Of a DNA stretch of 64,000 nucleotides, positions 1-11,609 are shown one piece after another (within the stretch, counting starts at the first letter, position 1; every line of letters starts with the position of its first letter). Where the stretch lies: assembly GCA_013239625.1 (NCBI GenBank), contig MU053487.1:2997058-3061057 (forward strand). Direction: 5' to 3'. The position numbers were made by a program, and so were the translations under genes. The notes below the pieces were generated by a model that had not been told where the DNA came from, made no database searches, and saw only the letters and a list, made by a program, of their open reading frames with translations. Source of the DNA: Lama guanicoe. Taxonomy: Eukaryota.

Positions 1-2199
1 TCCAAGCTCAGACCAGGACAGGTGCCCCCTTCTGGTTTGCACTCATTCCAGAACCTTCTGGCAACAGACCATCATCTGCATGTCCCTGCCTGCAAAGGCA
101 AGGCCCAGAGAGAGGGAGCGCTTGTCTATGGCTTCTTTCAGTAGAGACAGGGCCTCCTCAGCCGGATCCCTCTCCTCCCCTCCCCGTACCTCCCTCTCCA
201 CCCGCCCCAGCCCAGCACTCAGGTGTGGAGCGCAGGGGGCGCCTGCCACGGCCCTGAGTGGCTTTAGCAGTGTGGGGGGGACATCAGTGTGGAAGGACAA
301 AGGGAGGCAGGTGTATCTGACTGACTTGTGTGAGTGTGTATGTGTGTCTGTGTGTGTGGAAGTGGCTGGGATGGGGAGAGGGGAGGAAGCGTGGAGTCAG
401 GAGATGGGCGGATTTATTGAGATCTTATATACTTTTCCTCCCTATATTCACCACTCCTCCAGTTCCAAAGGGGGCAGCCCAGCCCTCTCTCCACACAGGC
501 CTCTGGGGAAAGTTTTGTGAAAAATAGAAAGTGCCTGCAGATGCTCCCGTGCTCTCACTAGCATCCATGCACTTGAGGGAGGGTTCAAGACCAGGAGGGC
601 AGGAGGCCGGGTTGGAGGGCACAGGGTAGGAGCGGGGTAGTACTTGGCAGGGTTGGGCCTTTAGTTATGAAAATTTTTGTATTTGGACTAGGTGTATGTT
701 TTTAAAGTACCGCCTAAAACTGACATAAATTACTGAATTTTTTTTTTTAAAGGAGGGCAGGAGGGTAAGGGAGGACAGTGCCAAGGTGGGAGAAACCAGC
801 CCAGGCAGAGACAGCCTGGTTACGTGTGTGCCCTATGTCCTGACATGTTATCTGAGCCTGTGTACGAATGAGCTGGCTCCTGTGTGTGCCAAGACGTGTG
901 TCTGTGACCAGACCTGCCCATGAAATATGTCATGCCACAGACTGGGGGTGTGTCTGTTCTGTCCACCTCTGCTGACTCTGCCTTGGCAACCGCAGGCACC
1001 TGTGACTGGGCCGAAGCCGGGGGCTGCGGAACCTGGGTGAGAGAGCCCAGAGGCCAGCAGCCAGGAAAGAGCAGCCTCCACCAGCCTGGCCAGGTGACAC
1101 CTAGTGCCCGACCGAGGGGAGACATCGAAGGGACCATCCACATGGGGGCTAGAAGGGTAGGGGCTCATCTCAGGGGGTTCATTGCCTCCAGAGTCACCGA
1201 ATCAACTTGGGACTCTGACTCTCTGCCCCTTCAAGAGTCAAAGCCACTCTTGCCAGTGAGCTAAGGGCACACGGGGCTACCCTGCCCACTCTGCCCCCAT
1301 AGCTCTTCCTTTGTAACAAGGTTGCAGGCTGAGGCCAGGTCCTCCCCACACTCAGAGCTCCAGGAAGGACCTGAATGCAGGGCTGTATCACTTCAGTCCA
1401 TCCAACTTCTCTGGGTAGGGCAGGTCTGGAATTTTGGAGGTAGAGGGGAAGTGGCTAGGGTATCCTCTTCCAGGAAGGCTTCTTGGATTTCTGGGTACAC
1501 TGAGGATGCAACATCTCAGCCCCAAAGCCCCAGAGTCTCTCTCTGTCTTGCTCTCAAATTCCCCAAACACTCCATGACCATCAGCTTTACTCCAAGTGTC
1601 CTGTTCCATCTGTGCTCAGGTCCTCTGGCTAGCTGCCCTTTTCTCCTCACCAGTAGCCAGCATTCACTCTGCTATTTCATCTCCTACTCCAAGACTGGTG
1701 CCAAGTGGAACACATCACTCTTAATTCCCCTGTTCTCCACTCCAGACAAGCACACAAGCCCTCACATTCCTGAGGGATTTTCTGCTAATACCCTAGGGAA
1801 AGCTGAACAGACATGCACATCACAACAGCCAGGTGACGTGTGGGACACAACTCAGCCCGCTCTGGTTAGAGTACCTCAGGGAGCTGGCAGGGAGAGAGGC
1901 CAGCTTCCGTACCCACTGGGCATGTGGAAAGGACCTCACAACATGGGGGCCACCAGAGGGCGGGCTACAACTACTGGACCACTGGCCCATCAGGGGGCCT
2001 TATTCTTGGGAGTGAAGTGTCTCTAGGTGGGAAGGATACTATGCATAGGTCCCACCTAGGGACAGATGGAAAGCATCCTGGGAACAAGGGTAGAGGGGGA
2101 AGATGGCTGGGAAGCCCAGGTGTGAGTGGTCACAGGCTTTTGGTTGGAAGGACCCATGTGTGACGGGGGGAGAGAGAGTGCTGGAAAGTAAGAATTAGG

Positions 2200-2540
2200 A
2201 TGCCAGGGGAGCATGGGTGTTAAGGGCGAAAAATTGAGCTGTTGGGGAGCCATTAAGGATGCTGTCTTGGGGCAACCTGAGTGGGGAAGACAAGACAGGG
2301 TGTCCTGGGGCATAAGGAAGCCCTAGGACTTCCCTGATAATGCCTTGATCCTCCAGGTCATAGGAGGGGCAGCTAGAGTTCACACCCTCCCGCTAGGGAC
2401 CTGTCTCCTCCACTCAGGGGAGCCGCTTCCAGACCACTCTAGCCCAGGTATGTACCATGGTTTAGTTACAGGAGCCAGTGCAGTCCCCTTCCCATTGTGG
2501 CTTAAGCTGGTTTGAGTTGTTTGTCATTTCAACCTTCAGA
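2200..2540 (+). mobile_element. Old MaLR (MLT1-type) LTR remnant
   Basis: 3' end ggcttaagctggtttgagttgtttgtcatttcaacc resembles the MLT1 terminus; 5' boundary uncertain. Confidence 0.5.
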
Positions 2541-2559
2541 TTTGAACTAGTTTCTTAAA

Positions 2560-2700
2560 TGATGCTTGTTCCTTGCTCAAGAAGTATCAATGGCTCCAGA
2601 TTACCTACAGGGTAAAGTCCAAACTCAACCTGGCCTTCAAGACCTCATGCTCTTCCTCCATCATTATGTCCTCCTGGCCCTTACATGCAGCCTTTTCTGG
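2560..2700 (+). mobile_element. L2 LINE fragment
   Basis: caatggctccagattacctacagggtaaagtccaaactc...ctggccttcaagacc is a typical L2 3' region. Confidence 0.6.
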
Positions 2701-4019
2701 GACACTACTGATGCAAAAGTCCTCTCACCCAGAATCCGAGGGCTCCGAAAACGACTTTGTTAGCATCATCTCCTTGGGGGGCCTCCCTGGACTGCCAGGA
2801 GGGTGAATCACTTCTACCCTGTGCCACCCTCTGGTATTCCCCTGCCTCCTCCAATACACACCTGGAGAATAAAAAAAAGGACCTCTGTGGGCCTGGTTTG
2901 TCCTGCCTAACCTGGAGCAGGCCTTGGAAGCTGATTTCAAATTCTGGTTCACAGTAGGAGAGAAGGAAGGCCGCCTGGGAGACCCTCCTCCAAGTCCCAG
3001 GGTGACCCCAAGAGAGAGACTGGGGGCGGGCTCAAGTTTGTATCCACTTGACTGACCACCAGGAATCTTTGCCCAGATCCTGCTTCCACCACTCCTTTTC
3101 CAACAGAATGGCCATGTGCTGAACCAGCCGCACATGCAGTTAAAATCAAAGAGGCAAAGAGAAGCAGGTACTGAGACAGAAACTTAAGTGACAGACCCAC
3201 AGAACGTGAGACTGAGATGCCCACAGAGAAGACAAAAAAGGAGGCCAAGAACAGAGCCTGGAGGGCAGAGTTTCAAAGACAGAGAGCAGGGCAGAGGCGG
3301 GCTGGGAAGGGCATTGCCAACCTCTCCCTTCTGGATTAATGCCCTCTTCCCAGCTCCCCTTTCTTCAGATCACCACCTCACTTTGATCTCAACATCCAGT
3401 ATTCCTTTGTCAAGGGCAACCTCTCCCTCACCCTCAGAGCAGTCTCACCCCTACCCCACCCCCCACCTTGCGGTCCAGTTGTGCCCTCCCACACTGGAGC
3501 TCCCCTAGGGTTCTCCCAGAGACTCCAGGCCATCCTCCTACTTGCTCCTGTTCTTGCTTCTCGAGCCCTGGTCTCATGTCCCCCAGCCTTGGCATGCCCA
3601 TCTCTGCCCTCCTCACCCTGGTCCTTCCTACATTTTCCATTTATCTTGAGAAAAATCTCATCCACTAATTTTCTATTTAAAGAGCTCTATTTAAATAGGT
3701 ATTACGTTAATTTAAAGAAGAATGTTAAATAGTGCAAGGACACTGCATAGTAGACATTTGGGGAATGTGATTGACCTGGGATTTTGGTGCTCGGTCCCTT
3801 TTACTGTTCCTGTTTCCTGCATCTCTCTCTGAGGCTTGATGTGCGTTGGCCTCCAATGGGTGGTACCTGTCCTCAGGTCACTGGGGCTGCTCTGCTCCCA
3901 TTCCCAGAGAGTCCAAAGTGCTGGGGGCTTAAGGTCACCAAGGACAGCCCTTAACTAGAACTGACTGTGAGAGCATGATAGCTCAGCTCCCAAACCCTCG
4001 TTCTGAATAACTCTGAGAT

Positions 4020-4090
4020 CTTGTGTCTAGAATAGAATCTAGCTACACAGAGTGGGCACTCAGTAAATGTTTGTTGAATGAACAAATGTT
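4020..4090 (+). mobile_element. L2 3' terminal fragment
   Basis: acacagagtgggcactcagtaaatgtttgttgaatgaacaaatg is the L2 tail motif. Confidence 0.7.
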
Positions 4091-5807
4091 GTCAAATGTA
4101 TTGATCTCATCCTTCATAATTTCTGGAGTTTTTGTTATTCTTAGGTCTTTACCATCCAAGATCAAAAAAGAGTTACCCATGATTTGTTCTGGTATATGTA
4201 CATGTTTACATGTGAACTTTTTATTTTCAATTATTTGATCCATCTTGATATGTTGTAAGGACTGAGGCAAATAGGTGTTTTCTCCTCATGGCTAATCCAT
4301 TTTCCCAACGGCAATTCTTGAATCTTCCCTTCATCTGTAAAACCAGATACTATTTTATCTGAGACTCATTCAGTGAAATATTATGTAATCATTTATAATG
4401 GTAGTTATGATTATGTCACTGCATAGAAAAACGCTCACCTTATAATTTTAACCATGGTTTTTTATAGCTACATGAAAATTACGTCAACATATAGGCAAGG
4501 ACAGGGAAAATAAGCTGACTTAAGGAGGCTGATAGGGCTGTGGGTGAATTTTCCCTTTGATTTCTATTAATATTTATGAAATAAATAGTAAATTGAAACT
4601 TTAAATGAACACAATATGGAGGGGAAGAAGGAGTTGAAAGATAGCAAGTTGTTTTCATGCTTGAACTTTGGATTCAAGCACAAACCCAAGACTTGGGTGA
4701 AGACAGGTTTTTGTTTTTGTTTTTGAGGTGATGTCAGGAAGCCAAAGAAGGTGGAGGACGCAAGTAAGGGAAAATCGTTACTGGAGTGTCCTGGGGAAAT
4801 CTTTCCTACAGGAAAGGCCAGACAGGAGATATTCTGTGTATGAAAACACTCCCTTCGGCCCTAAGTTCTGAGCTCCTTCCCAGCCTCAGCTAAGTGAGCG
4901 AAACCTCTGGAAGTCTCCCACCCAAAAGGAATCCAGACCTCAGGTGAGTCCACATGCTCCCATCACCTTGCCCTGGCTAATGGGAGGCTCTGTCAACCTG
5001 GCAGCAGGGATGCTGATCTCTGTCGTTATATATTAAGAACTGTAAGAGAACCCTATCACCCTGCACAGCTATCTCTGGAAGATTCCCTCTCTGACCCCTT
5101 GGAATTCAGTAATTTTTAAAAATTGAATTCAGAGAACATTTTAATTCGCTAGGTCCTGGCCAGCCATATCTTCACAACAAATTGGAAGAGCATTAGAAGT
5201 GGGGAGTAAGGCCTAATCAGCTCCACACTTGGGTGGGTTTGGTCGGGCATGTGCTGGAGCCTGGGCTACTTACACCAGGGCTTGCCTTGCTAATCAAAAG
5301 GGCACTTCACTTAAGCTTTCACGGTTCAGCTGCCTCATACAATTCACTGGGGTCCCAAAGGTGCCAACAGAAGGGCAGATACTGACACGCTAGAACATGC
5401 CAAGGCAATTGGCACCAGAACCCACGCACAATGCCAGGATGTCACTTGAGGTCCCAGATTTGGGGGCAAACCCCCCACAGCTTGCTTAACTACTTTCTAG
5501 AGCAGCTCCCCTTAAGTGCTTTCCCACCTGCCTCGGCCACAGGAGCCCCATCCCAGGACTCTCACACCAGGACTCTCACTGGGCTCCACCTGGTGCAGAG
5601 ACCAGCGAGGTTTGCGAGCTGCCCTTCGCCAGGGGCGCTTCCGGACGTGTTCTTCAAAACTTTGGAGAGGCTCACTGCTTCACCAGGTGAGCATGAGACC
5701 TGGCCGCAACCAGCTCCGGGCTCCAGGGCTTGTGAAGTGAGAAAGGGCCTGTTAGCCTCGCTCCCTTTAAGCCACTACGGGGTTGGACGTGCCTGCAAGG
5801 CCTGAAG

Positions 5808-5953
5808 TGCGCGCGCAACCCTGCGTGGGGCGGGAGGGCTCTTAGAGTCACAGCCCGCCCACTCAGCCCTATCCGCCTACGTCACGCCCCTTAGGTCCTC
5901 CCAAATCCCTCTGATTGGTGGAGGGCGTGCGAGAGCGCTCCCGCCCCGCCCCC
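5808..5953. promoter_or_regulatory. Proximal-promoter motif cluster (NRF1-like palindrome, GC boxes, CRE/ATF, CCAAT box)
   Basis: TGCGCGCGCA 5808-5817; GGGGCGGG 5827-5834; TACGTCAC 5878-5885; CTGATTGG 5911-5918 (CCAATCAG on the - strand); CCGCCCCGCCCCC 5941-5953. Confidence 0.65.
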
Positions 5954-7454
5954 GGATCCGTCCTCCTGCTGTACTGCCCCGCCCCCTGCATTACCGGGCT
6001 GCCAGTGCGGCTTCCAAGTTGGAACGCGAAGGCGCGGGCGCGAACGGGCCCAGACCGTCCAAGGGTGAGGGGACACTTTTCTGTCTTGCTCGCGCTCTGG
6101 CCTTCGCCCTAGGCCCTACAGTGGCTGGCAGCTCTTTAGAAGCACAGTCTCTGTCCATCTCGGCTCCCCACAGACCCTTTCCTCTCCTCAGCCTTCGACC
6201 CACTACCCCGTCCCCCTTCCTACAGAGCATCCGGAAATGCCCATTGCCAAGGCCCAGCTCAACGCCCACATCCCCGAGGTGCCAGGAGGTTGGTCCTCGA
6301 GGAACCGCCGCCCGGCACGCGGGCTCTCGGGCCCAGTGCTGATGTGAGTTCTGCAGGCAAGCCTGGAGCCTCCAGCCGCTTCCGCAAGACCCTCACCCCC
6401 ACCCCCCCGACTCCTGTACCCCGGACCCCTAAAGATTCTCCACACTCTGGGACCCTTTCGTCGCCCTGCGCACACTCCGGTCCCTCCCAATCTTCCTTGC
6501 ACCCCCAGGTTCTCCCTCGCTCCAGCGCCCCTGATCCCTCCGTGGGCCGCCTCGGTGTAAGGGACCACCCTTAGCAGCTTCTACCTCTGCAAAATGCTGC
6601 CTTCGGCGCCCACATCGCAGACCCCTCGCTTCCCACACTGGGACGCCCCTCACCCAGCATCTCCCCCAAGACACCCTCACAGCACCCTCCTCTCGATCTC
6701 TCACATCTACTCCTTATTCCTCTTGTCTCCTGGTAAACCTCCCTCCCCCCGGAATACATCCCTCCTAGGGCCCTCATTCCTGCATCCTTGCGGCGACTCC
6801 TCGGTCCCCGGGGCCCCACTCTGCACAGCCCTGTGAACCCTATCTGCACCCCTTCTGGCCCCTGCTTCTTACACCTAGGCCCTCAGTCCACTCATCTGCC
6901 AGACTCCTCCCCACGGCCCTCGCATCCCAGGCCGCTGACCCCACTCATTTCCCCAGACCCCGATACACCCGTACACTCCGGCCCTCACATCTACCGCCAG
7001 AACCCCTCTGGAATCCCCTACACCCCAATCCCCTCACTCCACTCGTTTGCCCAAGACTCCCTCCCTCCCTCCACTCACCGCCTCGGTCTCACCCCGCACC
7101 CCTCTCCCCCCGGGGCTGGCGGGCAGCGCCGGCAGCAGCGGCGGCGGAGGCCGGACCCCGGGCCGGGACACACCCACCTGCCCGCCCTCCTGCTTTCCCT
7201 CGTTCCCTCCCTCTCTCCCGCCCGCCTGCCCGCCCGCCCTCGCTCCTCCCTCCCTCCTTCCCCCTCGCCCGCTCCCGCTTCCCGCGGCGCCCGGCCTCCC
7301 GCTCCGCCTCCCCGTGCGCGGCTCTCCCGGGCGCGGCTCCGGGGTTCATGGTGACGAGGCGGCGGCCGCTCCAGCCCACAGGCGGCAGCGGCGGCAGGAG
7401 CGGGGGCGCGGGCCCCGGCCGCCTCCTCCTGGGAGGCTGCTGCGCCGCGCACCC

Positions 7455-7533
7455 ATGGACGGCCCGGCCATCATCACCCAGGTGACCAACCCCAAGGAGG
7501 ACGAAGTCCGGGCCCCAGGAGCTGGCGAGAAAG
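7455..7533 (+). CDS. CTDSPL: CTD small phosphatase-like protein (SCP3), coding exon 1 only (79 nt, 26 codons + 1 nt, phase-1 intron follows)
   Basis: Translates to MDGPAIITQVTNPKEDEVRAPGAGEK, which I recognise as the CTDSPL N-terminus. ATG at 7455 (cccATGG); ends at donor AAG|GTGAGG (intron starts 7534); lies in a CpG island. Confidence 0.96.
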
Positions 7534-10289
7534 GTGAGGAGGGGCGCGAGCGGGGCGGGCCGGGGGCGTGGGTACACCCCGTGCTGCTGGACTTGGCTGT
7601 GGGGCGCCGGCGAGGGCTGGGGGAGGGGTGCGTGGGTGCGGGGTGCGCCGCAGGGAGATGGCGAGCACGCGGGTGCCGGAGGGAGGGGGAGTGTGCCCGT
7701 GCCGCCCCGAGCGCGTGAGGGGGTGTGCGCCTCTCCCGGGAAGGTTGTGATACGGGGGTGACCCTCCCGGCCCGGAGTTTGTGTTTGCGTTCACACCGAC
7801 GGAGAAGTTGTGAGTGCGCGCGCGCGCGTGTGTGTGCTCTGTGTGTGCAGGAGACAGGTTGGAAAGGTGTGTATGCACCTATCAGAGAGCTTGTGAGTGC
7901 GGGTTTTCCTGGCAAGCTGTGAGTTTGCGTGTGTACCTTATTAGAGGTTTCTGTATCTGGCTAGGAGGTTCTGGAGTGTGTGTGCATGCCTTCATGAGCC
8001 TGAGCCTGCGGAGAGTTTGCATGTGTTCACTTCCGACAGAGTTTGTGTGTTCGTATGATTGTGTGCCTGCTACACTCAACTGGCAGGTTGACTGTGCTGT
8101 GTCCATTGCCTGGGAGGGTGTGTGTGTGTGCACTCACACATAAGAAGGCTGTGTGTGTGGGCCTGCCTGTGTCGAACGTGTGCACCAGGCAGTAAGGCTG
8201 TGTGCCTGGATGTATTTAGTTGGTTGTACAAGTGGGACGGGGGGAGCATTGCGAAGCCACCTCCCCCTCAGCTCTTTGCTGTCTCGGTGACGGTGACACC
8301 AGCCTGTTGGGAGCATCTGCAAGGTCTGGTCCTCCCTGGGCTCTTTTAGGGCCCAGCTCTAGCGGGTACTTGGGGAGCCCTTAGAATGCCAGGTGTGTCC
8401 CTTCCCTGAGAGCCAGCACTGTGCTACAACACCTGGTTTAATTTCAGCACATTTTGGCCCCATCACCCTCTTCTGTTTCCTTTTTGCTCTTTTCCTTTGT
8501 GTCCCTGCCCCTTTGAGACCTGTTGTCCCCCTCTGTCACGTGCCCTACTTACTGGCCCTGATGTGAGCTGCCCTGAGGCTTGGACAGTTTTGAAGGGCCG
8601 AGGAATCTGGCTTGTTTTGTTCTGATGATTAAAGCTTCCTGCTGTGCGTGGCCCTACAAACACCTGGACGGAGGTCAGGAACAGCCCACCAGGACGCCCC
8701 CTGCCCTCTCCAAGCCTGGCCTTTGACTTCGGCAGAGTCAGATTTTTTTCCATGTGTTACCACCCTTGTACCAGTGGGGTGAGGTGTACAGCCCTACTGA
8801 GGAGTGGGGAGGGGGTGGGAGGAACACTTCATTGCCTCTCTCCCAGCAGGAACCCCTGGGTGAGCCCACCAGGAAAATGCAGGAAACTCCCAGAGGTACC
8901 CTCAGATTGGGGATTTGTCAACCCATTTGCACTTTCATAGACCATAAAAGTCTGTGTCTGCAGACTTGTTTTATTTTATGTAAAATTAGAATTCAGACTC
9001 CCCCAGGCATTTTTATGTGCCTTACAGATGGACTAAAAATTTCTGCACGAGGATGCTCCAGGTGTATCTCCGTGTCTTCCTGGGGGCCAAGTGGGCAGCT
9101 CCTCGGTGGTCTGGCCTTGTTGCCATTGGGGCTGTCAGTTCTTGGGGCCCTGGCCTGTGGGCTCTGGGCTGGGCATGTCCCCTCAGGGACCATTTGGTAG
9201 GAGGCATCAAGGAGATTTGATGCCTGTGCTCATCTCCCGCTGTGAATTGAGTGCTTTGTATGATGCTTTGCCAGAGAGAGAATCCACGGCTCTTGTGAGA
9301 AGAGGTGTGGCATAAAGCGAGGAAATATTTGCCAGGTCTTCAGCCTTCCCGCTGCTCCCCAGCCTGATTCCAGGAGCAGGAGCCTCCCCAGCTTTTTTCC
9401 TCTAGCTGCTAGCCTTTAAGAGTCAATTGTCCAAAATCCAAACTGCGTACAAATACTCAAGGATGGTGCTTGTTCTAGTCAACTTGTTTACACTGCTTTT
9501 CATGATAATCTTTTATTATCTTTCACAGTTTATTTTGTTTGTTTTCTAGTGTCAGATTGGTTGGTTGGTCACTGATTAGAGGAATTCCTCACCTGCCACT
9601 CTGGGGTAGGGTGGCTAGCTAGTAGGTCCTTCTTACTGAAGCATTAAAATCCTACTCGATTTAGTTTTTTGCTTTGAAAACTAGAAATAAATTTGGTTAA
9701 TTGTGTGGCAGAAACTTTAGAGCCAAACTTTGACGTAGCTTTTTCAGATTCATAAACCACTAAACAGGTTCAGCAGTTTCTCCCTTAAACATGTTGATAT
9801 ATTTAGACAGGCTCAGTATATTTTACATCATTTAAGTTTTAGATAAACACTTAATCATTTTGTTTTTAATTATGGGGCATGGGATGTTGGAAGTTTTCGT
9901 GGTAGGAAAGAAACTATTAGTTTAAAAAGTTTACTTTGATCATTTATTCTTAAAATAGAAATGGTAATGATGGCCACCTGGGTTTGATTTGCTGGTTAAA
10001 TGAGATGATGTATGTAAGGGACTACCTGGTTCACTATTCCATAAACCTTCCTTTGGGTGTAGATTTGTAGAGGAAGTACGAAGCATGGGCTGGCGTGTTT
10101 TGCACGAGTTGAATTGCTTTTTGACACTTTGCCACGTGGTGGTGCACCACTCAGAGAGGGCTGTCCCTGTCAGAGGTGTGGCCTGTCACAGAAGATTTAT
10201 TTCATAATTGTGTTTGGCTTGATTGATAGTGTAAAGATACAGAGAGAGTCTTCCACGTGGCTTTAGCTCAGCCTGCTATGGTATCTGGA

Positions 10290-11450
10290 AATTTACCCTT
10301 GCAAATCAATAAGAAAAAATCAAACAATACAGTAGAAAAGCGGTCAAGAGATAGGAACAAGAAAATCACAGAAGAGGAAATTTGAATGTCCAATAAATGT
10401 ATGAAATGATGCTTTACCTCCGTGAAGAAATATTTTCTCATGTCAGCTTGGTTGAACATTTAAATGACTGACAACATTCAAAGTCAGCAAAAGTTTTGGG
10501 AACCAGATGCTTTTTATAGACTTTTAAATGAAACGAGTGTGGACATTTTAGAGAGTAATTTAGTACTTAATCATTTAGGAACACTTTTGGCTGCAAGTAA
10601 CACAAAACCAGATGTATACTGTGCTTAACCTGATAGGAGTTTATTGGCTCAGAACAAGCAGTCTGGAGGTAGACTGCAGCTGGCTTGGGTTAGCAGCTCA
10701 TTAATATTAGGGCTGACAGCAAAGTGATTCTCTTGACTTTCCTACATTTGTAACGTGGCTACCACCCCCTCCAAATCCCACAGCCACCTTCAGGGCAGGA
10801 GAAAGGGACCATGCCAGTAATGTCCAGCCTTTTTGCCTGGAAAGCAAAAAGACTCCTAGGGTCTGTCCAGCAAACTTTTGCTAATGTTTAGTTGGCCAGA
10901 ACAAGGTCACGTAGCCACTCCTAACTGCAAGCAAAGTGAGTGTCCAGCTTTTTGAGCCTTTGTTGTGGGAGGCAGGAGAGGAGAAGATGATTGGGAATAG
11001 GTGGGAGCAGGTGTTGGTTCAGACAGTCAACAATGTTGGCCCCACCTGCAAAGCCCCAGTTCTACTTCTAGGCTTCTCTCCTAGAGAACTGTCCTCATAC
11101 GTGCTGGAGGAAACATGTATGAGGGTTTTCATTGATGGCTGTAGTAGCAAAAATTGGAAATATCCTAAATGTCAAAGGATTAGAATATGGTACATCAATA
11201 CCACAGAATACTGCATGGCACTTGAAAAGAATGGATTAAATTAGATGTAAACATACTAACATGCAAATTTCCAAGGCATTTTAAAGCAGGAAGAATGAAA
11301 TTTGAAGAATAATATAAACAGTGTGATCTTTGTCTTTAAAAAAATCGGACACACGTAAAACTGTACATTTGTCTAGAAATACACAAAAAAATCTGAAGGA
11401 AATACTTCAAACAGACAATGATTTTCCCTGGGGAGAAGACTGTGATGAGA
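10290..11450 (+). mobile_element. Old L1 (L1ME-like) 3' fragment interrupted by an MLT LTR
   Basis: Degenerate L1 ORF2 end and 3' UTR (caaatcaataagaaaaaatcaaacaatacagtagaaaa...; gtagcaaaaattggaaatatcctaaatgtc). Confidence 0.6.
10568..11045 (-). mobile_element. MLT1-type MaLR LTR nested in the L1
   Basis: ttaggaacacttttggctgcaagtaacacaaaacc...ggagtttattggctca and ttggccagaacaaggtcacgtagccactcctaactgcaag are MLT1 hallmarks. Confidence 0.65.
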
Positions 11451-11483
11451 AGTGAGGTAACTTTGTCTTTTTCTTTAAATATT

Positions 11484-11609
11484 TTAAAAGTTTGTTGTTG
11501 TTGTTGTTTGTTTTCTTTGTTTTTAATGGAGGTGCTGGGGATTGAGCCCAGGATCTCAAGCATGCTTAGCATGTGCTCTACTACGGAGCTGTACCCACCT
11601 GCACCCTGC
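11484..11609 (-). mobile_element. tRNA-derived SINE (Vic-1-like)
   Basis: Reverse strand has A-box and B-box with a gcatgctaagcatgc-type anticodon arm and a (CAA)n tail; TSD ctttttctttaaatatt 11467-11483 / ctttttgtttaaatatt 11610-11626. Confidence 0.85.

Larger units (their letters stand above)
5600..7840. promoter_or_regulatory. CpG island / CTDSPL promoter and GC-rich 5' UTR
   Basis: Very high GC and CpG density relative to the CpG-depleted flanks; many GC boxes (CCGCCC/GGGCGG); no obvious TATA box; contains the first coding exon. Confidence 0.9.

Noticed and set aside
1322..2026. 234-aa ORF
   Set aside because: Non-ATG start, no recognisable domain or exon structure.
5553..5580. 14-bp tandem duplication ccaggactctcac(a/t); also a 12-bp x3 repeat at 35548-35583
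   Set aside because: Ordinary slippage duplications, no spacers or array structure.
1..5600. ITGA9 terminal exons (upstream neighbour in human)
   Set aside because: No integrin-like peptide seen in any listed frame.
6788..7922. Many long overlapping Pro/Arg/Gly-rich ORFs on both strands, including 7047-7718 (223 aa)
   Set aside because: Stop-codon scarcity in a CpG island. Only 7455-7533 is recognisable; the 223-aa ORF reads through the splice donor and has no upstream in-frame ATG.
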